Positions 36,580-49,065 are shown, numbered from the stretch's first letter. The stretch is 64,000 bases of DNA from Azolla caroliniana (GCA_043228905.1 JBHGNT010000020.1:6634001-6698000), one strand, 5' to 3'. The notes: generated by a model not told the origin, from the letters alone. Numbers and translations: made by a program.

Positions 36580-39500
36580 ATGTTTAGCCGCAGACGTCCC
36601 AGAGAACCAACACTACAAGACCGACCAATCACAAGGTCCATCACACGCCAGACAGAGGAATGCGCAGGGCAAATACCTCGCCTCAGTGACCTCAGTGATA
36701 CCTGTCGGGACCACAAAGACGTTTTCTTGCTCACCAAATATCCCGGCGACAAGCAGGAAGTGCGCTCACCACAAAAGCATTGTGGTCTTTCCCTACCCGC
36801 CATAGCATCCAACATGACCTTCTCTTATCCCCGCTTCAACGACGAAACCGACGCCGCAACCCACATTCGTCTGTTCCTGAATGTCTGGAATGCAAATCAC
36901 ATGGCGCAGAGACTTCCCGAAGCAATAGCGCACCAATCCAAAATGACAGAGTTCGGATTAACCCTGGATGGGAGAGCGGTGTTTTGGCATTCGCAAATGG
37001 ATCTGCCAGCAATCACGTCCTTCAACCAACTACAGTCGGCCTTTCTGCGTTTCTTTCATCAGCAGTGCCACAACGCGAAATCCTCAGGCACTTTTATACA
37101 ATTAAACAGTTGCCAGCCGAGATTGTAGCGGATTTCAGTTTATGCTTCCAAAATCTACGGCGGAAATTAGAACGGGGCTCGACAAAGGACAAGGCTCGGA
37201 AGACATTTTTGGTAGCTTTACGACAACCGATACGGACGACACTCAACAACAATAGCGTGAAAGGAGAAACAACCGATATGGTCATAGAACGAGCGCTATA
37301 GCTCAAGCTGGACGAAGAAGAGGTTTTCCATGTCCTCATTATGGCAAGCGTTACCTCAGGACGAGGAACAACATTTTCGCCAGGCAATCCAGTGCACGAT
37401 TTGCCTCAATTCTAGGCATTCCGCAGTGGAATGCAACATCTGAATCCACTGCCCAATCTATCACTCGAAAGCACACACGGTCGAGTAGTGTGAGTACAAT
37501 GTGTTGAACAGATCCACGCCCACAGTACAAAGCGTGGAAACAGAGCGCCCACCCCGCCGTAATGAGCAAAGGTGCCAAGAAGAACGGCCCTGGTATACGG
37601 ATCGGAACTCACGCGATGGCCGGCACTACCTGAATCGCCGGAATAACAACGATTCCGAGGAAGAAGAGCCGGAGGAAGAAGACTACCGAGGCAACCACAG
37701 ATATAATAAAGGAGGTCGATGCTACGAGAATTACCGTCCGACAAACAAACGTGGCGGCTTCAATGGGCCTCCCGGGAAACATCGTCAGTATCGAGACCAA
37801 CGGCGGTACAACGAAAGTTCGGATGATGACCGGCATCAAGAGCCGCACCAGTACCAACAACAACCAACGCTAATGCTCAGAAGAATGAACCAAGACCGGG
37901 AGGAGCAAGTCACACCTGGGGATTGGAACACGCCACCAGCTGCCGAGAAAGGCAAATCTAGCGTCCATTGTTTCATTTGCCAACAGCCCGGACATTATGC
38001 CACGTAATGTCCACTACGCAAGGGCAAGGGGCCCACCGTCAATACAATTATGGTGGAAGTTCAGCAAGTCACGACAAGACAGCAAACAAAAAATGTTGAT
38101 TGTGCCGCGCAAGATGAGATACGTCAGACGGCCCAAGCATGGGTCGAAAAAGCGAACGTGGCAAATACGGAACGTATGCGGCAGGAGTCCGCGAACAATG
38201 TGGGGCCTTTGGCGGAAGATGTGATATCTCCGGATCCCATAGGGCAAGCACTCGCAGGCTACGAGATAACATTGACCATGGAGAAGCTACTTCAACTAGT
38301 CCTATGGTTCCACCAGGCCGTGGAGGATCGCATAATAGGCAGACCTGGGGTAAGCGTCTCCGCCAACTTTACGGACACTAGTGTCGGACCAACGGTGGTG
38401 GATCACCATAATCCGGCTATTAAGTTGATATTACACAGTCAGGAAATCACAGGATGCGTAATCAATGGTGGCTCTGGCGTCAATGTGATTAGCGCGAAGA
38501 CATGCGAATAATTGGGAATTTTAGAAGGGGAAGCTTGCCAGTTTTGGCTTCGCATGGTGGATACCAGCTCAGTACGACCTTTAGGCTTACTACGCAAGTT
38601 AGGCATTATCATGGGCAGACATCGCTTCAACATCTCGGCGGTAGTCCTCGCCCTCGACGCCCGAGGAGCGTATCCTATGCTGCTTGGCAGACCATGGCTT
38701 CGTTCAACGAATATCAAACAGAGCTGGCAACATAAGTGCATCAACTTTCAATGCGGACGCACCAAGGTTCGCGTACCAACAAAGGAAATGGTGGCACAAC
38801 CCAAGGGCATAACACCGTTATACACGGAAGATATAAATATGTTGGCTGGGGTGGATGATACAGAATTAGAAGTATACCTCGATGAGCACCCTCAGATCAT
38901 TCCACTATTCGAAATCGATGTCATAGAAACCGCGGCGGAATACGCCACGCCCACTACGCTCCACGACAAGGCTTACAAACCAAACCCAGAGTCAATATTA
39001 GAATTAAGCAGAGCACGGACGACGTTCGAGAGGGAGATGGAAATTTCACGACGAGTCACTGCCTCAGCCCTAGAAGAAGTAAATGTGGGTACGACGTCAG
39101 ACCCCCGATTCCTCTCCATCGCAAAAGAATTACTGCCGGATCATAGAGACACAATGATTGCACTACTCAGGAAATATAAAGATGTGTTCGCTTGGTCCCA
39201 CGAGGACATGAAGGGATTAGATCTGAAGTTCTATCAACATAAGATCAATTTAGCGACCGACTCGAAACCGGTCCAGTAGCGTCGATACCGCATGAGCCCA
39301 AATTACGCAGCTCACATAAAAGAGGAAATTGACAAACTCCTCAAGGCCGAATTCATTCGACAAGTCAAACAAGCCACATAGCTAAGCCTGATAGTAGTCG
39401 TACCAAAGAAAAATGGCAAAATACACGTGTGCGTGGACTACCGGAAATTGAACGTCATAACCATTACAGACGCGTTCCCTTTACCTTTCACCGACATCGT

Positions 39501-40833
39501 ACTGGATGCCGTCGCAGGGCATGACATGTATAGCTTTCTAGATGGATTCAGTGGGTACAATCAAGTACGCATGCACCCCGACGACCAAGAGAAGACGACG
39601 TTTGTCACGGACTAGGGAGTCTATGCCGCGGTCATCATGATGTTCGGGCTAAAGACAATGTCGGCTACATTTCAATGGACAATCACGAAGATTTTTGGGG
39701 AATATATACTTGCCTTCATGCAGGTCTTTTTAGACGATTTTGCGGTATACGGGACAGCAGCTGAACATTTTACATATCTATAGCTTTGCCTAGAGCGTTG
39801 CCGAACTGCACACTTAAGCCTGAATCTCGCCAAATGCGCCTTCGGTGTCACCAGCGGAGCTCTCCTCGGCCACCTAGTCAGTAAGGAAGGGATAGCGGTC
39901 AATCCGAACAAAATCTCTGCGATTACTCACGCAAAAGAAATGACCTACTTTCTGACCACAGGGTTACTGCCACCCCAATTAAGGACGGACGAGAAAAAAC
40001 GATTGGTCGTATGGAGTCGTAATTTCTATTTAGTCGACGACGTCCTATATCACAAAGGCAGTGACGGCATCTGGAGGCGTGGAATACGGCAGGATGAGAA
40101 GGCTGCAGTTTTACGAGAAGCCCTCTATGGTACGGCAGGAGCACATTACGCGGGCGATGTTATGGCTCGGAAAATCTGGCAAGTAGGACTTTGGTGGCCG
40201 ACTACACAAAAGGATGCGTATGAATATTGCAAACAGTGCGATTTATGCCAACGGCTGGGCTAACCCACGGAGATCGCGAGAATGCCACATCAACCGGTGT
40301 TGCCGTTGGATCCTTTCCAAAAGTGGGGGTTGGACTTTGTGGGACCCTTTACCCCGGCGGTTGCTCGAACGGGCAATAAGTATATCCTAGTGGTTACGGA
40401 TTACTACACCAAGTGGGTAGAAGCGAAACCACTACGCAAAAAGACCGCGGCAAATCTGAACAAATACGGCTACAACAACTGCTAGAACTAGGCAAAACAA
40501 GGTTACGCAGTATGGCCATATTGGAGCAGGAACAACGGCGGCGCAAAGCATTCGTGGACAACATCGGCATTTGCGTGAAAAGGATTTTACGGTTGGGAAA
40601 GCGGTATTAGTTTTTCAAACACACATGGGGCAAATGCCAGGAAAATTAAGATTCCGTTGGACATGCCGTACTAGATAGTGGGAGCAGAACAGGGCACGTT
40701 TCAACTTGGCACTTTGGCCAGGGAAGTGTTATGACAAAAGATGAATGGGTTTCACCTTAAACCTTACGGACGACCTACGCCACCTAACCCGTTCCCCGCC
40801 GGACAGGACAAAGCCGAGGAATCTGCGAAGTAA
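36580..40833 (+). pseudogene. Gypsy gag-pol of G, degenerate; RNase H and integrase core missing
   Basis: CFICQQPGHYAT knuckle, VINGGSGVNVI/LLGRPWL protease, CVDYRKLN..LDGFSGYNQ..FLDDF RT, H..HY..CKQCDLCQ and WGLDFVGP integrase. Confidence 0.88.
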
Positions 40834-40889
40834 GTATAGGGTCCTACTTGTACTATAGTGTAAAAATAATATGGTATGTAACCGTTACA

Positions 40890-43204
40890 AAAGGCAGGTA
40901 TCCTCATTGATACCTTTGAAGGGCGCACGGTCAATTGGAGGGTCATTACGGGACCATCATTGCGGGAAGGCATGCATGCATATCAAGGCAGCAAAAAGCT
41001 CAAGCTAATCATACAACAGTATCTGACGATACTATTCCCGCCCCGAGGACTACCCGCACCATAGCCTAGCAAACCCATGTCGCCGCCACGACCCACGAAA
41101 CAAAGGTTAGCGGAGTTAGCCACCACGGAATGGGAGGATGAACCCCAATCAACCCAACCCAGCACGCGAACAACACAGGAGGAACAGGCGGAGAACAGGG
41201 AGGAAGCTCTGCATGAGTAGGAAGCTGAGCAACGTGAGGGCAGCCCAAGGCCGAAATGATGGGCAGGAAAGATGGGCGCGGATTAGTTAAAGACACACTC
41301 GCGGCCACAGAGACGACCACCGTGGTCGACAACCCCATAGCTACAGAGCCCAACACCACCTTCGAAATAATCCGGGAATCACGGTCAATCGTTTCGGCCC
41401 AGTCACAGCGTGTGAAAGGCGTATTTACAGGGGAAAGCAAGGTCCTGGCATATCCGGACATTCCGGACACGGCCCATGAGTTCGGCGCACTATTACAATT
41501 CGGAACTACTTTTGAACTCATGGAATTTTTGGCAACACAACAAATAAAAGTCTCCCAACAAGTGGTTGAGGAGCACGCGGAGCGACAAATAATCGAGCGC
41601 ACGCTAACACAAACAACGGAAAGCTATGATGAGGAGCAGCTAGCCAGAGTTGGTAGACAGCGGAACGCCGGTATACGCCAAATGGGGATGGAACTACCCC
41701 CATTAAACCCAGCCCTCGTCGAGGTTCATAGGGAACTAGCTAAGGTCAATATTGGCGCCAAAGATATGGCGATTAAAAATAAAAATGTCTGGAAAACGGT
41801 TAAACTGACCCAAGCCGATCTACAAAAGGCCAATGAATGCATCGCGGAGTTGGAGCGTAATGCGACTATGGCGCAGTAGGCAGCTCAACCAACAGATAAT
41901 GCCGTCGAGGCCCTGAAAGAAGAGATTGAAGCACAGACCGCCATTGCCTCAAAAGCAAAAAGGGTCGTGCAACTGGCGGAATCGGAGATTGAACACCTTC
42001 GCTCCGAACTTCGCCAGTCCTCGGACAGAGAAAAGGACATTCGGGCCAACGGCCGAAAGGCAGTTAAGACCTTTGAAGAGAAACTCATAGCGGAGGCAGC
42101 ACAGCACACCCGCACAAAAGAAGAAAACGCCAAACTACAGGAGGAAGCGCAAAAATTGGAAACGGCGATCACGGAACTCCAGGCGTTATTGGAAAAGAAG
42201 AAAGCATGGTTTGACGAGCAGCTTGTACGGGAAGAGAAGAGAAGGCATCGGCTCGAAATCCGCCTGAACAATGAAATGGGAAAGCTGGAGGAATTACATT
42301 CGAAGGAATCTCAGATATGGGCAAGAATGAGGAGCAATTATGAGGAAGCGGCGGCGGTCAGTAAACAAGAAATCGAAAACCTCAAGAAAACCGTAGAAGA
42401 AGCACGCAACCATTGCCAAGCAATAACCGACAACGTGCACATACTTCTTCAAACAAATCGGGAGAGGTTTACGGCGCAATTACAAGCGGCGCTAGACAAA
42501 GGCTGGATAGCGTGGGCTACACAAGCGGCGGAGTTGCATACATACCGGGTGGACTGGGAGAACCGAAGAAAAGACTGTCGAGGGTTCTACAAACTCAATG
42601 AGGAAAGCATTGCGGTAGTACGGGAGGACCTAGCGCAGGAATATCGCATACTAGCGGACCAACACTCTGAGAAACACGCGCAGCTACTAGACGATTTTGG
42701 CGAAAGTCAGGAGGACCTGTTTCACCAAATCATGCAAGCCGGCAACACGCGACCCAACGCGGAATCCATCGCGATACCAGTAAAGGATACTGCCGAACGA
42801 GAGGAACCTCAGCCCACATCACCAGAATTAACCACTGCGGTGGGCAGCACGGAACAGCAAGCAGAGCCCCCCGCGATACCAAAAAATGAGACTACTGACC
42901 ATGAGGAACCTCAGCCCCATTCACTGGAGCGTACGACTACGGCCGGCACCACGGAGGAAGTTACGAACGAGACAGAACCTCGACCTACCGAGAGCCCGCC
43001 GATGGCTGAGCCAGCCACAGTAGAACAGGACGAGCCAGCAGAGCCCGGACCGCCCACACAAGAAGCCAACAGCACCATCGAAAGCCCTACCAAGCAAGTA
43101 CTAGAACCACGCAACGACGCGCCTACTAACACTACGCTGTCCCCGAACCTGAACAGAACACCGGGGTGGAACCAAACATTCGGGCCATTTTGGAGGAAGA
43201 TTAA
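40890..43204 (+). pseudogene. Extra ORF of G (coiled-coil protein of unknown function), 5'-deleted and disrupted
   Basis: ORFs 41256-41879 and 41967-43310; homologous blocks to the H extra ORF (AGILIDTFEG.VNW; W..WA.QAAEL...D..NRRK); true end likely ILEED* at 43204, matching ILDEE* in H. Confidence 0.8.
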
Positions 43205-43232
43205 AGGGATGGGTCCGATGTGCCATGGCACT

Positions 43233-43249
43233 GTCCCACAGGCATGCCA
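43233..43249 (+). other. tRNA-3'-end-like (anti-PBS) motif at the PPT position of G
   Basis: GTCCCACAGGCATGCCA followed by AG and the 3' LTR TG; no purine tract abuts the LTR. Confidence 0.75.
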
Positions 43250-43721
43250 AGTGTTGTCTGCCGGAATAGTAACCGATGGACAGGAGCGCAGAAATATAGA
43301 ATATAGTTAAAACGTAACGCATATAACGGTTCACGTGGGAAGCGTGAATGGCTAAAAGACTCTTTGTATATAAAGGGCAAAAATCCTCTGTAAGAGGTAG
43401 AGTGTAAATTTGGGTGCATAGAGCGTTATGTTAATAGAGTACTATCTTCACTTATTCATGTGCATATCTGTGGTTAATCTACTGTGTTTCTGTGATTCTT
43501 GGTGGCATATTGTAATCATAAGGGCGTAGGCGTGAGTGCGAGTGTTGTTACTAGTGCACTGTCTAAGGAGTTCGGTTGTAGCCGTCTCCCTTATATGCTA
43601 CTAGGATACGGGGAGTTATCCCATTACGTATTACGGTACGACTGTACCATTCGTTGCAATGCAGACACTTTGAGGTCTAGGTCAAAGGACTGGTCGTAGA
43701 CTGTGTTCCTAATCGGTAACA

Positions 43722-45162
43722 AGGAGTAGTCAAGGAGTTAGTCGGCTACACGGATTGGGCCAGAAATTCCGGCGATCGCAGGTCAACATACGGATTCGCG
43801 TTTTCATTGGCAAGCGGTGTGATTGCCTAGAGCAGCAAAAAGAAGCCGACAATGGCCCTATCGAGCACTGAGAGTGATATTTGAGGGGCGGTTGTGATTA
43901 CCTAGAGCAGCAAAAAGCGTGAAGCTTCGCCAATATTCGAGAACGGCGTGCGATTCGACACAGTTCCGACAGATAGTCGAAAGCCTCATTTACTTGACCA
44001 TCACTCAGCCAGACCTCAGCTATCCGGTCAGATTGATTACTCACTTCATGTTGCCGCCAAAGACCGAACACCTTCCGTGTGCACAAAAGATATTGTGATA
44101 TGTTAGCGGCACTAAGGATACGCATTGTTGTACCGGGCAAGAATAGCCGAGGAGTTAGTCAGCTACACGGATGCCAATTGGGCCGGAAATTCCGGCGATC
44201 GCAAGTCAACATATGAATTTGCATTTTCATTGGCAAGCGTTGTGATTGCCTAGAACAGCAAAAAGCAACCAACAGTGGCCCTCTCGAGCACTGAAGGTGA
44301 TATTTGAGGGGCAGTTGTGATTGCCTAGAGTAGCAAAAAGCGTGAAGCTTCGCCAATATTCGAGAACGGCATGCGATTCGACACGGTTCTAACAAATAGT
44401 CAGAAGCCTCATTTACTTGACCATCACTTAGCCGGACCTCAGCTATCTAGTCGGATTGATTAGTCAATTCATGTTGTAACCAAAGACCGAACACCTTCAG
44501 TGTGCACAAAAGATATTGTGATATGTTAGCGGCACTAAGGATAGGCATTGTTGTATCAGGTAGGAGTAGCCGAGGAGTTAGTCGGCTACACGGATGTCGA
44601 GTGGGCCAGAAATTCCGGCGATCGTAGGTCAACATACGGATTCGCGTTTTCATTGGCAAGCATTGTGATTGCCTAGAGCAGCAAAAAGCAGCCGACGTCG
44701 GCACTGTTGAGCACTGAGACTGATATTTGAGGTGAGGTTGTGATTGCCTAGAGAAGCAAAAGACTTAAGCTTTGCCAATATTCGAGAACGGCGTGCGATT
44801 CGACACGGTTCCGACAGATAGTCGGAAGCCTCATTTACTTGACCATCACTCAGTCGGATCTCAGTTATCCGGTCGGATTGATTAATCAGTTCATGTTGCA
44901 GCCAAAGACCGAACAACTTCAGTGTGCACAAAAGATATTGTGATATGTTAGCGGCACTCAGGATAGGCATTGTTGTATCGGGCAGGAGTAGCTGAGGAGT
45001 TAGTCGGCTATACGGATGCCAATTGGGCCGAAAATGCCGGCGATCACAGGTCAACATACGTATTTGTGTTTTCATTGGCAAGCGTTGTGATTTCCTAGAG
45101 CAGCAAAAAGCAGCTGACAGTGGCATTGTCGAGCACTGAAGGAGATATTTGAGGGGCGGTTG
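43722..45162 (+). repeat. ~422-bp Copia-derived tandem array, right part (~3.5 units)
   Basis: Same unit resumes in phase after G; junction motif near 43921, 44344, 44768; array exits into RNase H at ~45163. Confidence 0.92.
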
Positions 45163-46632
45163 TTGCTATTTGGCTAAAACGGCTATTGAGGAATCTGCAA
45201 GTGGAGGCATCCAAACCGACAGTCATATACTGCAACAACCTCAACAACATCCAACCTTCAAAGAAGCCCGTCTTCCATGCCCGGACCAAGCACATTGAGG
45301 TGCACTATCATTTCGTCTGGGAACGAGTCCTCTCTAGTGAAGTCGAACTTGTGTATGTTCTGACTAATCAACAGGTTGTCGATATCTTCACCAAACCTCT
45401 TGGCCTTGACAAGTTGCAACATTTTTCGAGCATGCTTGGCTTACAGCATCTCGACATGCCGAACTTGAGAGGGAAAAGTTGAATATGCGAGACGGCAAGA
45501 GACAAAGTCCGAAATACCGAATTGGATGAAGAATTCGATTTCGACACGACTAAAGAAGTTGGAACGTCCGGATCAACTACAGAAACCAAGGACGCATGCA
45601 CAGGTTGAAGAAGATCGGCTAAGCAAGGACTAGCCGCATGTAGGGGGCGGCCGAGAGAGGAGCCGAAGCCAGAGCCAACCGAACCAAGGGGAGGTAAAGC
45701 CGAGAGAGGCGGTAGAGTCGGGAAGGACAGAGCCGACCAAGCAAAGGCCAGGACCAAGACATGGGCAGATGTGGTCAAGGGCCTGATGGAAGACAAATTG
45801 GAGATAACCAATTCAGACAAGAGCATGAATGAATTGGAGACAACTGATTCGATCGAGAAGTTTGATTTGGACGAGCCAAATCACATGAAGGCCAAGTGTA
45901 GGAGAAAGCAGTCGAAGCCGATGCCAAGACGGAGGAGCCGACGGGTCGAGGGGTGCCAATACCACGACAATGAAGGAGCTTAGAAGGGCATGGGTAGCAG
46001 ACAAGCCGACCACAGAGGTCGAGGTGCACGGGACTAGATGATTCGAGGAGTGCCAGACCGAAGGGGTTGTGGGACGTAGGACTTGACTAGACGAGGAGCG
46101 CAAGCGAGGCATCGGGACGCTAGGAGAGGAGGTTGGAGTGACGAACCAGCTAGAGTTGACACGGTGGGACCTCAAGTTGAGCTTGAGGGGGAGTGTTGAG
46201 AGACAAGCTCAACATGGGCTGAATCGGTTGACGACCGATCGACTAGGCCCGAATCAGCTGAAGAAGTCAGGAGCCGAATCGAATAGAGTACAATTCGGGT
46301 GAGCTGAACCGGATGGATTCCGAGAGGCCGTTAGGGGCCTACATTCCTATTATAGTAATAGGAATATTATAGGCTATTAATGTCAGGCTCAGTTAATGAG
46401 CATGCAAGTACTTGTTAGTACTTTTGTCAACCCACTCATCAAGGCTTGTATAAAAAGTGCTCACTAAGCACATTGTATGTACATAGTGTTTATTATTTTG
46501 TAATAAAATCATTGTCTGCTCTCTTTGTCTCTCTCTCATCATTCTCTATGGTTTACCTAACTATCGAATTTCCGAATAACCGATTATACTCTCTGTGTCT
46601 CACATACGCTTCCACACACAAATAATGTTTCA
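45163..46632 (+). mobile_element. 3' end of Copia element J (B group): RNase H, in-frame extension, PPT and 3' LTR (46194-46632)
   Basis: [15 protein letters not shown]; PPT TTGAGGGGGAG; LTR similar to 16530-16962; LTR copies at 50415-50853 and 54644-55082. Confidence 0.88.
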
Positions 46633-47390
46633 AAGATTTGAATAGAGCTACTCAAACTCAATATGGTGTAGTAGTAAAGGTGTTGAGCTCCGATAATGGA
46701 AGAGAGTATGCTAACATTACGTTTAGGGCATACCTGTCAGATCAAGGAATACAACATCAAACTACATGCCCATATACACCAGCACAAAATGGAGTAGAAG
46801 AGAGGAAGAATGGACATCTCCTAGAGGTAACAAGAAACATCATGATTTTTATGAATGTCCCAAAGCAGTTATGGGGACAAATAGTTTTGACAGTTGCCGT
46901 ATTGATCAATAGAATGCCCTCTTTAGTATTTGAGTGGAAGTCTCCATGTGGGTTGTTGCAAGGAGATAACTCTAGGATCCTTCCTTTGAAGGTGTTTGGA
47001 TATGTAGTAGACAATCTGTAGGAAAGCTTGATCCGAGAGCTGTGAAATGTGTATTTGTGGGATACTCTGCCACACAAAAGGGGTACGTTTGTTGGAGTCC
47101 AATGGAGAAGAGATTATTTGTGAGCATGGATGTCCATTTCCGAGAGTCGGAGCCATATTATAAACAAGATGTAACTTCACCCTTTGATAACTTAGTTGAG
47201 ACTGAAAATATGAGGGAAGGAGGTAATGGTGAGAGATTGCTAAAAATAGGATCAATTCCTTTGTTGATCCCTACACCAGCGGAGAAACAAGTGAGCATAG
47301 GAGAGGAGGAAGAAGAAGGAAAAGAAGAAGAAGAACTTGTATGTGTTGGGACTCAAGTTGAGGGGGAGCTAAAGGTGTATACCCGGAGGA
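46633..47390 (+). pseudogene. Ale-like Copia integrase fragment (copies at 50854 and 55083)
   Basis: LSSDNGREY..TCPYTPAQNGVEERKNGHLLEV..KCVFVGYS. Confidence 0.9.
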
Positions 47391-47496
47391 AGTACTCCTG
47401 CATTATTGCGAGTTGTGAGTTCTAGACCGTGAGGTCAATACAAGGAGTGCGAACGGTATACAATCGGTGGGTGAATGTGAGATTAAGAGTGAGAAT

Positions 47497-47532
<36 letters not shown>

Positions 47533-47722
47533 CAAAGAATTGTGAGTTCTAGACCGTGAGGTCAATACAAGGAGTGCGAACGGTATACAATTGGTGGGTG
47601 AATGTGAGATTAAGAGTGAGAATTATAGAGAGAGAGAGAGAGAGAGATGTACAAAGTTTAGAGAGAGAGAAATAGACTAAAGACTAATTCATATTAAGAA
47701 ACTTAAAAAGTAATACAAAGAA

Positions 47723-47780
47723 ATGGTCGATGTGGCAAACTAGTTTCGCTCCTACGGAGCTCATCAGTGCACAAGACCAT
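47723..47780 (-). ncRNA. Type I hammerhead ribozyme, copy 1
   Basis: Minus strand: AUGGUCUUGUGCA CUGAUGA GCUCC GUA GGAGC GAAAC UA GUU^UGCCACAUCGACCAU; full catalytic core, 5-bp stem II, palindromic stem III, bulged stem I; predicted cut between 47738 and 47737. Confidence 0.9.
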
Positions 47781-47795
47781 TTAGAATTGGAGGGG

Positions 47796-47804
47796 TTTAT
47801 ATAG
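47796..47804 (-). promoter_or_regulatory. TATA box upstream of the hammerhead (repeated in each copy)
   Basis: Minus strand CCCTATATAAACCCC about 16 nt before the ribozyme 5' stem. Confidence 0.6.
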
Positions 47805-47837
47805 GGAAGATAAGGATGTGTGTGTGTGTGTGTGTGC

Positions 47838-47877
<40 letters not shown>

Positions 47878-48640
47878 TAGTGTGTGTGTGTGTGTGTGTG
47901 TTCAAATTTGATGATGTAGGAGATATGGGGTTTGATATATTTGGTGTGGGATAGAAGATTTTTTGGGGTTATTTGAAAAACATGTAGGGGAGTGTGAGAG
48001 AGAAAGAGAGAGGAAGGGTAAGAGAGAAGTGTGTGAGGTGGGAGTTAGGGATGGTGAAGTACGTTAGAATGTATGGAGATCTTTGAAAAAAGGAGGGGGG
48101 TAGGAAGAATTGGAGGGTATATTGGAAATTAAAGTGGAGAAGGAAAGGGTAGAGTGAGATTAAGAAAAATGAAAGGGGGAGGGGTACGAGAAATTTACTA
48201 AAAGAGGGAGGGGTATGAATGTAATTCTGGAAAAAAGGAAGGGGGAAAGGGGTAGATTGAAATTAGTGAACGAGACAGGGGTAGAGTAAATTGACAAAGT
48301 GGGAATGAAGTGAAAAGATCACCAAGAACGATTCAAGCGCACCCAAATCGTTTCCTATACTTGGCGTGAGTTAGGGAAAGGTAGGGGTAATGTTAGAGTG
48401 GCAATGAAAAAGTAACGGGAGGGGTAGAAGATCAAATTAGGAAAAATAAGGGGGAGGTGATGGTTAGAAAAAATAAAATAAAATAAAATTTGGAAACAAT
48501 AAAAGGTGAGGGGAGGGGTAGGATTAGAAAATAGGAAAAAGGAGAATGAGGTGAAGAGGCTAAAAATTAAGAGGTGAGGGGTAGAATTGGAAAATAGGAG
48601 AAAACTGAATTAGGGGAGGATGCTAAAAGTTAAAATGTGA

Positions 48641-49065
48641 GGGGTAGAGTTAAAGATAAGGAAAAGTAAGGGGAGGGTATAGTGAAAATATTGAAAAGTT
48701 AGGGAAGGGGTAGAGTTAAAGATAAGGAAAAGTAAGGGGGAGGGTATAGTGAAAATATGGAAAAGTTAGGGAAGGGGTAGAGTTAAAGATAAGGAAAAGT
48801 AAGGGGGAGGGAGGGTATAGTGAAAATATTGAAAAGTTTGGGAAGGGGTAGAGTTAAAGATAAGGAAAAATAAGGGGGAGGATATAGTGAAAAATTATAT
48901 GGAAAGGTTTGGGAAGGGGTAGAGTTAAAGATAAGGGAAAGTAAGGGGGAGGGTATAGTGAAAATATGGAAAAGTTAGGGGAGGGGTAGAGTTAAAGATA
49001 AGGAAAAGTAAGGGGGAGGGTATAGTGGAAATATCGAAAAGTTAGGGAAGGGGTAGAGTTGAAAA
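48641..49065. repeat. ~67-bp purine-rich tandem subrepeat (~6 copies) in the body of X; copy at ~52878-53300
   Basis: GGGGTAGAGTTAAAGATAAGGAAAAGTAAGGGGGAGGGTATAGTGAAAATATGGAAAAGTTAGGGAA at 48641, 48707, 48774, ~48845, ~48916, ~48983. Confidence 0.9.

Larger units (their letters stand above)
36079..43721 (+). mobile_element. Gypsy element G (non-chromoviral, Tat/Athila-like organisation) with a 3' extra ORF; internally deleted
   Basis: LTRs 36079-36525 and 43252-43721 (TGTTG...TAACA), TSD ATGAG/AGGAG inside the satellite unit, order gag-PR-RT-INT. Confidence 0.92.

Noticed and set aside
43205-43310. G extra ORF reading through into the 3' LTR
   Set aside because: Likely a frameshift artefact; another frame ends ILEED* at 43204, matching the H terminus
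16530-46632. LTRs at 16530 and 46194 as the two ends of one giant element
   Set aside because: The first has its own TSD (CTTGA/CTCGA) and is a solo LTR; the second is followed by AAGAT and is clearly diverged
47413-47430. Helitron 3' end for X (CTAG near the terminus)
   Set aside because: CTAG is not terminal, there is no subterminal hairpin and no A|T target
48690-49050. TTAGGG motifs as telomeric repeats
   Set aside because: Single hexamers inside a 67-bp unit, never tandem
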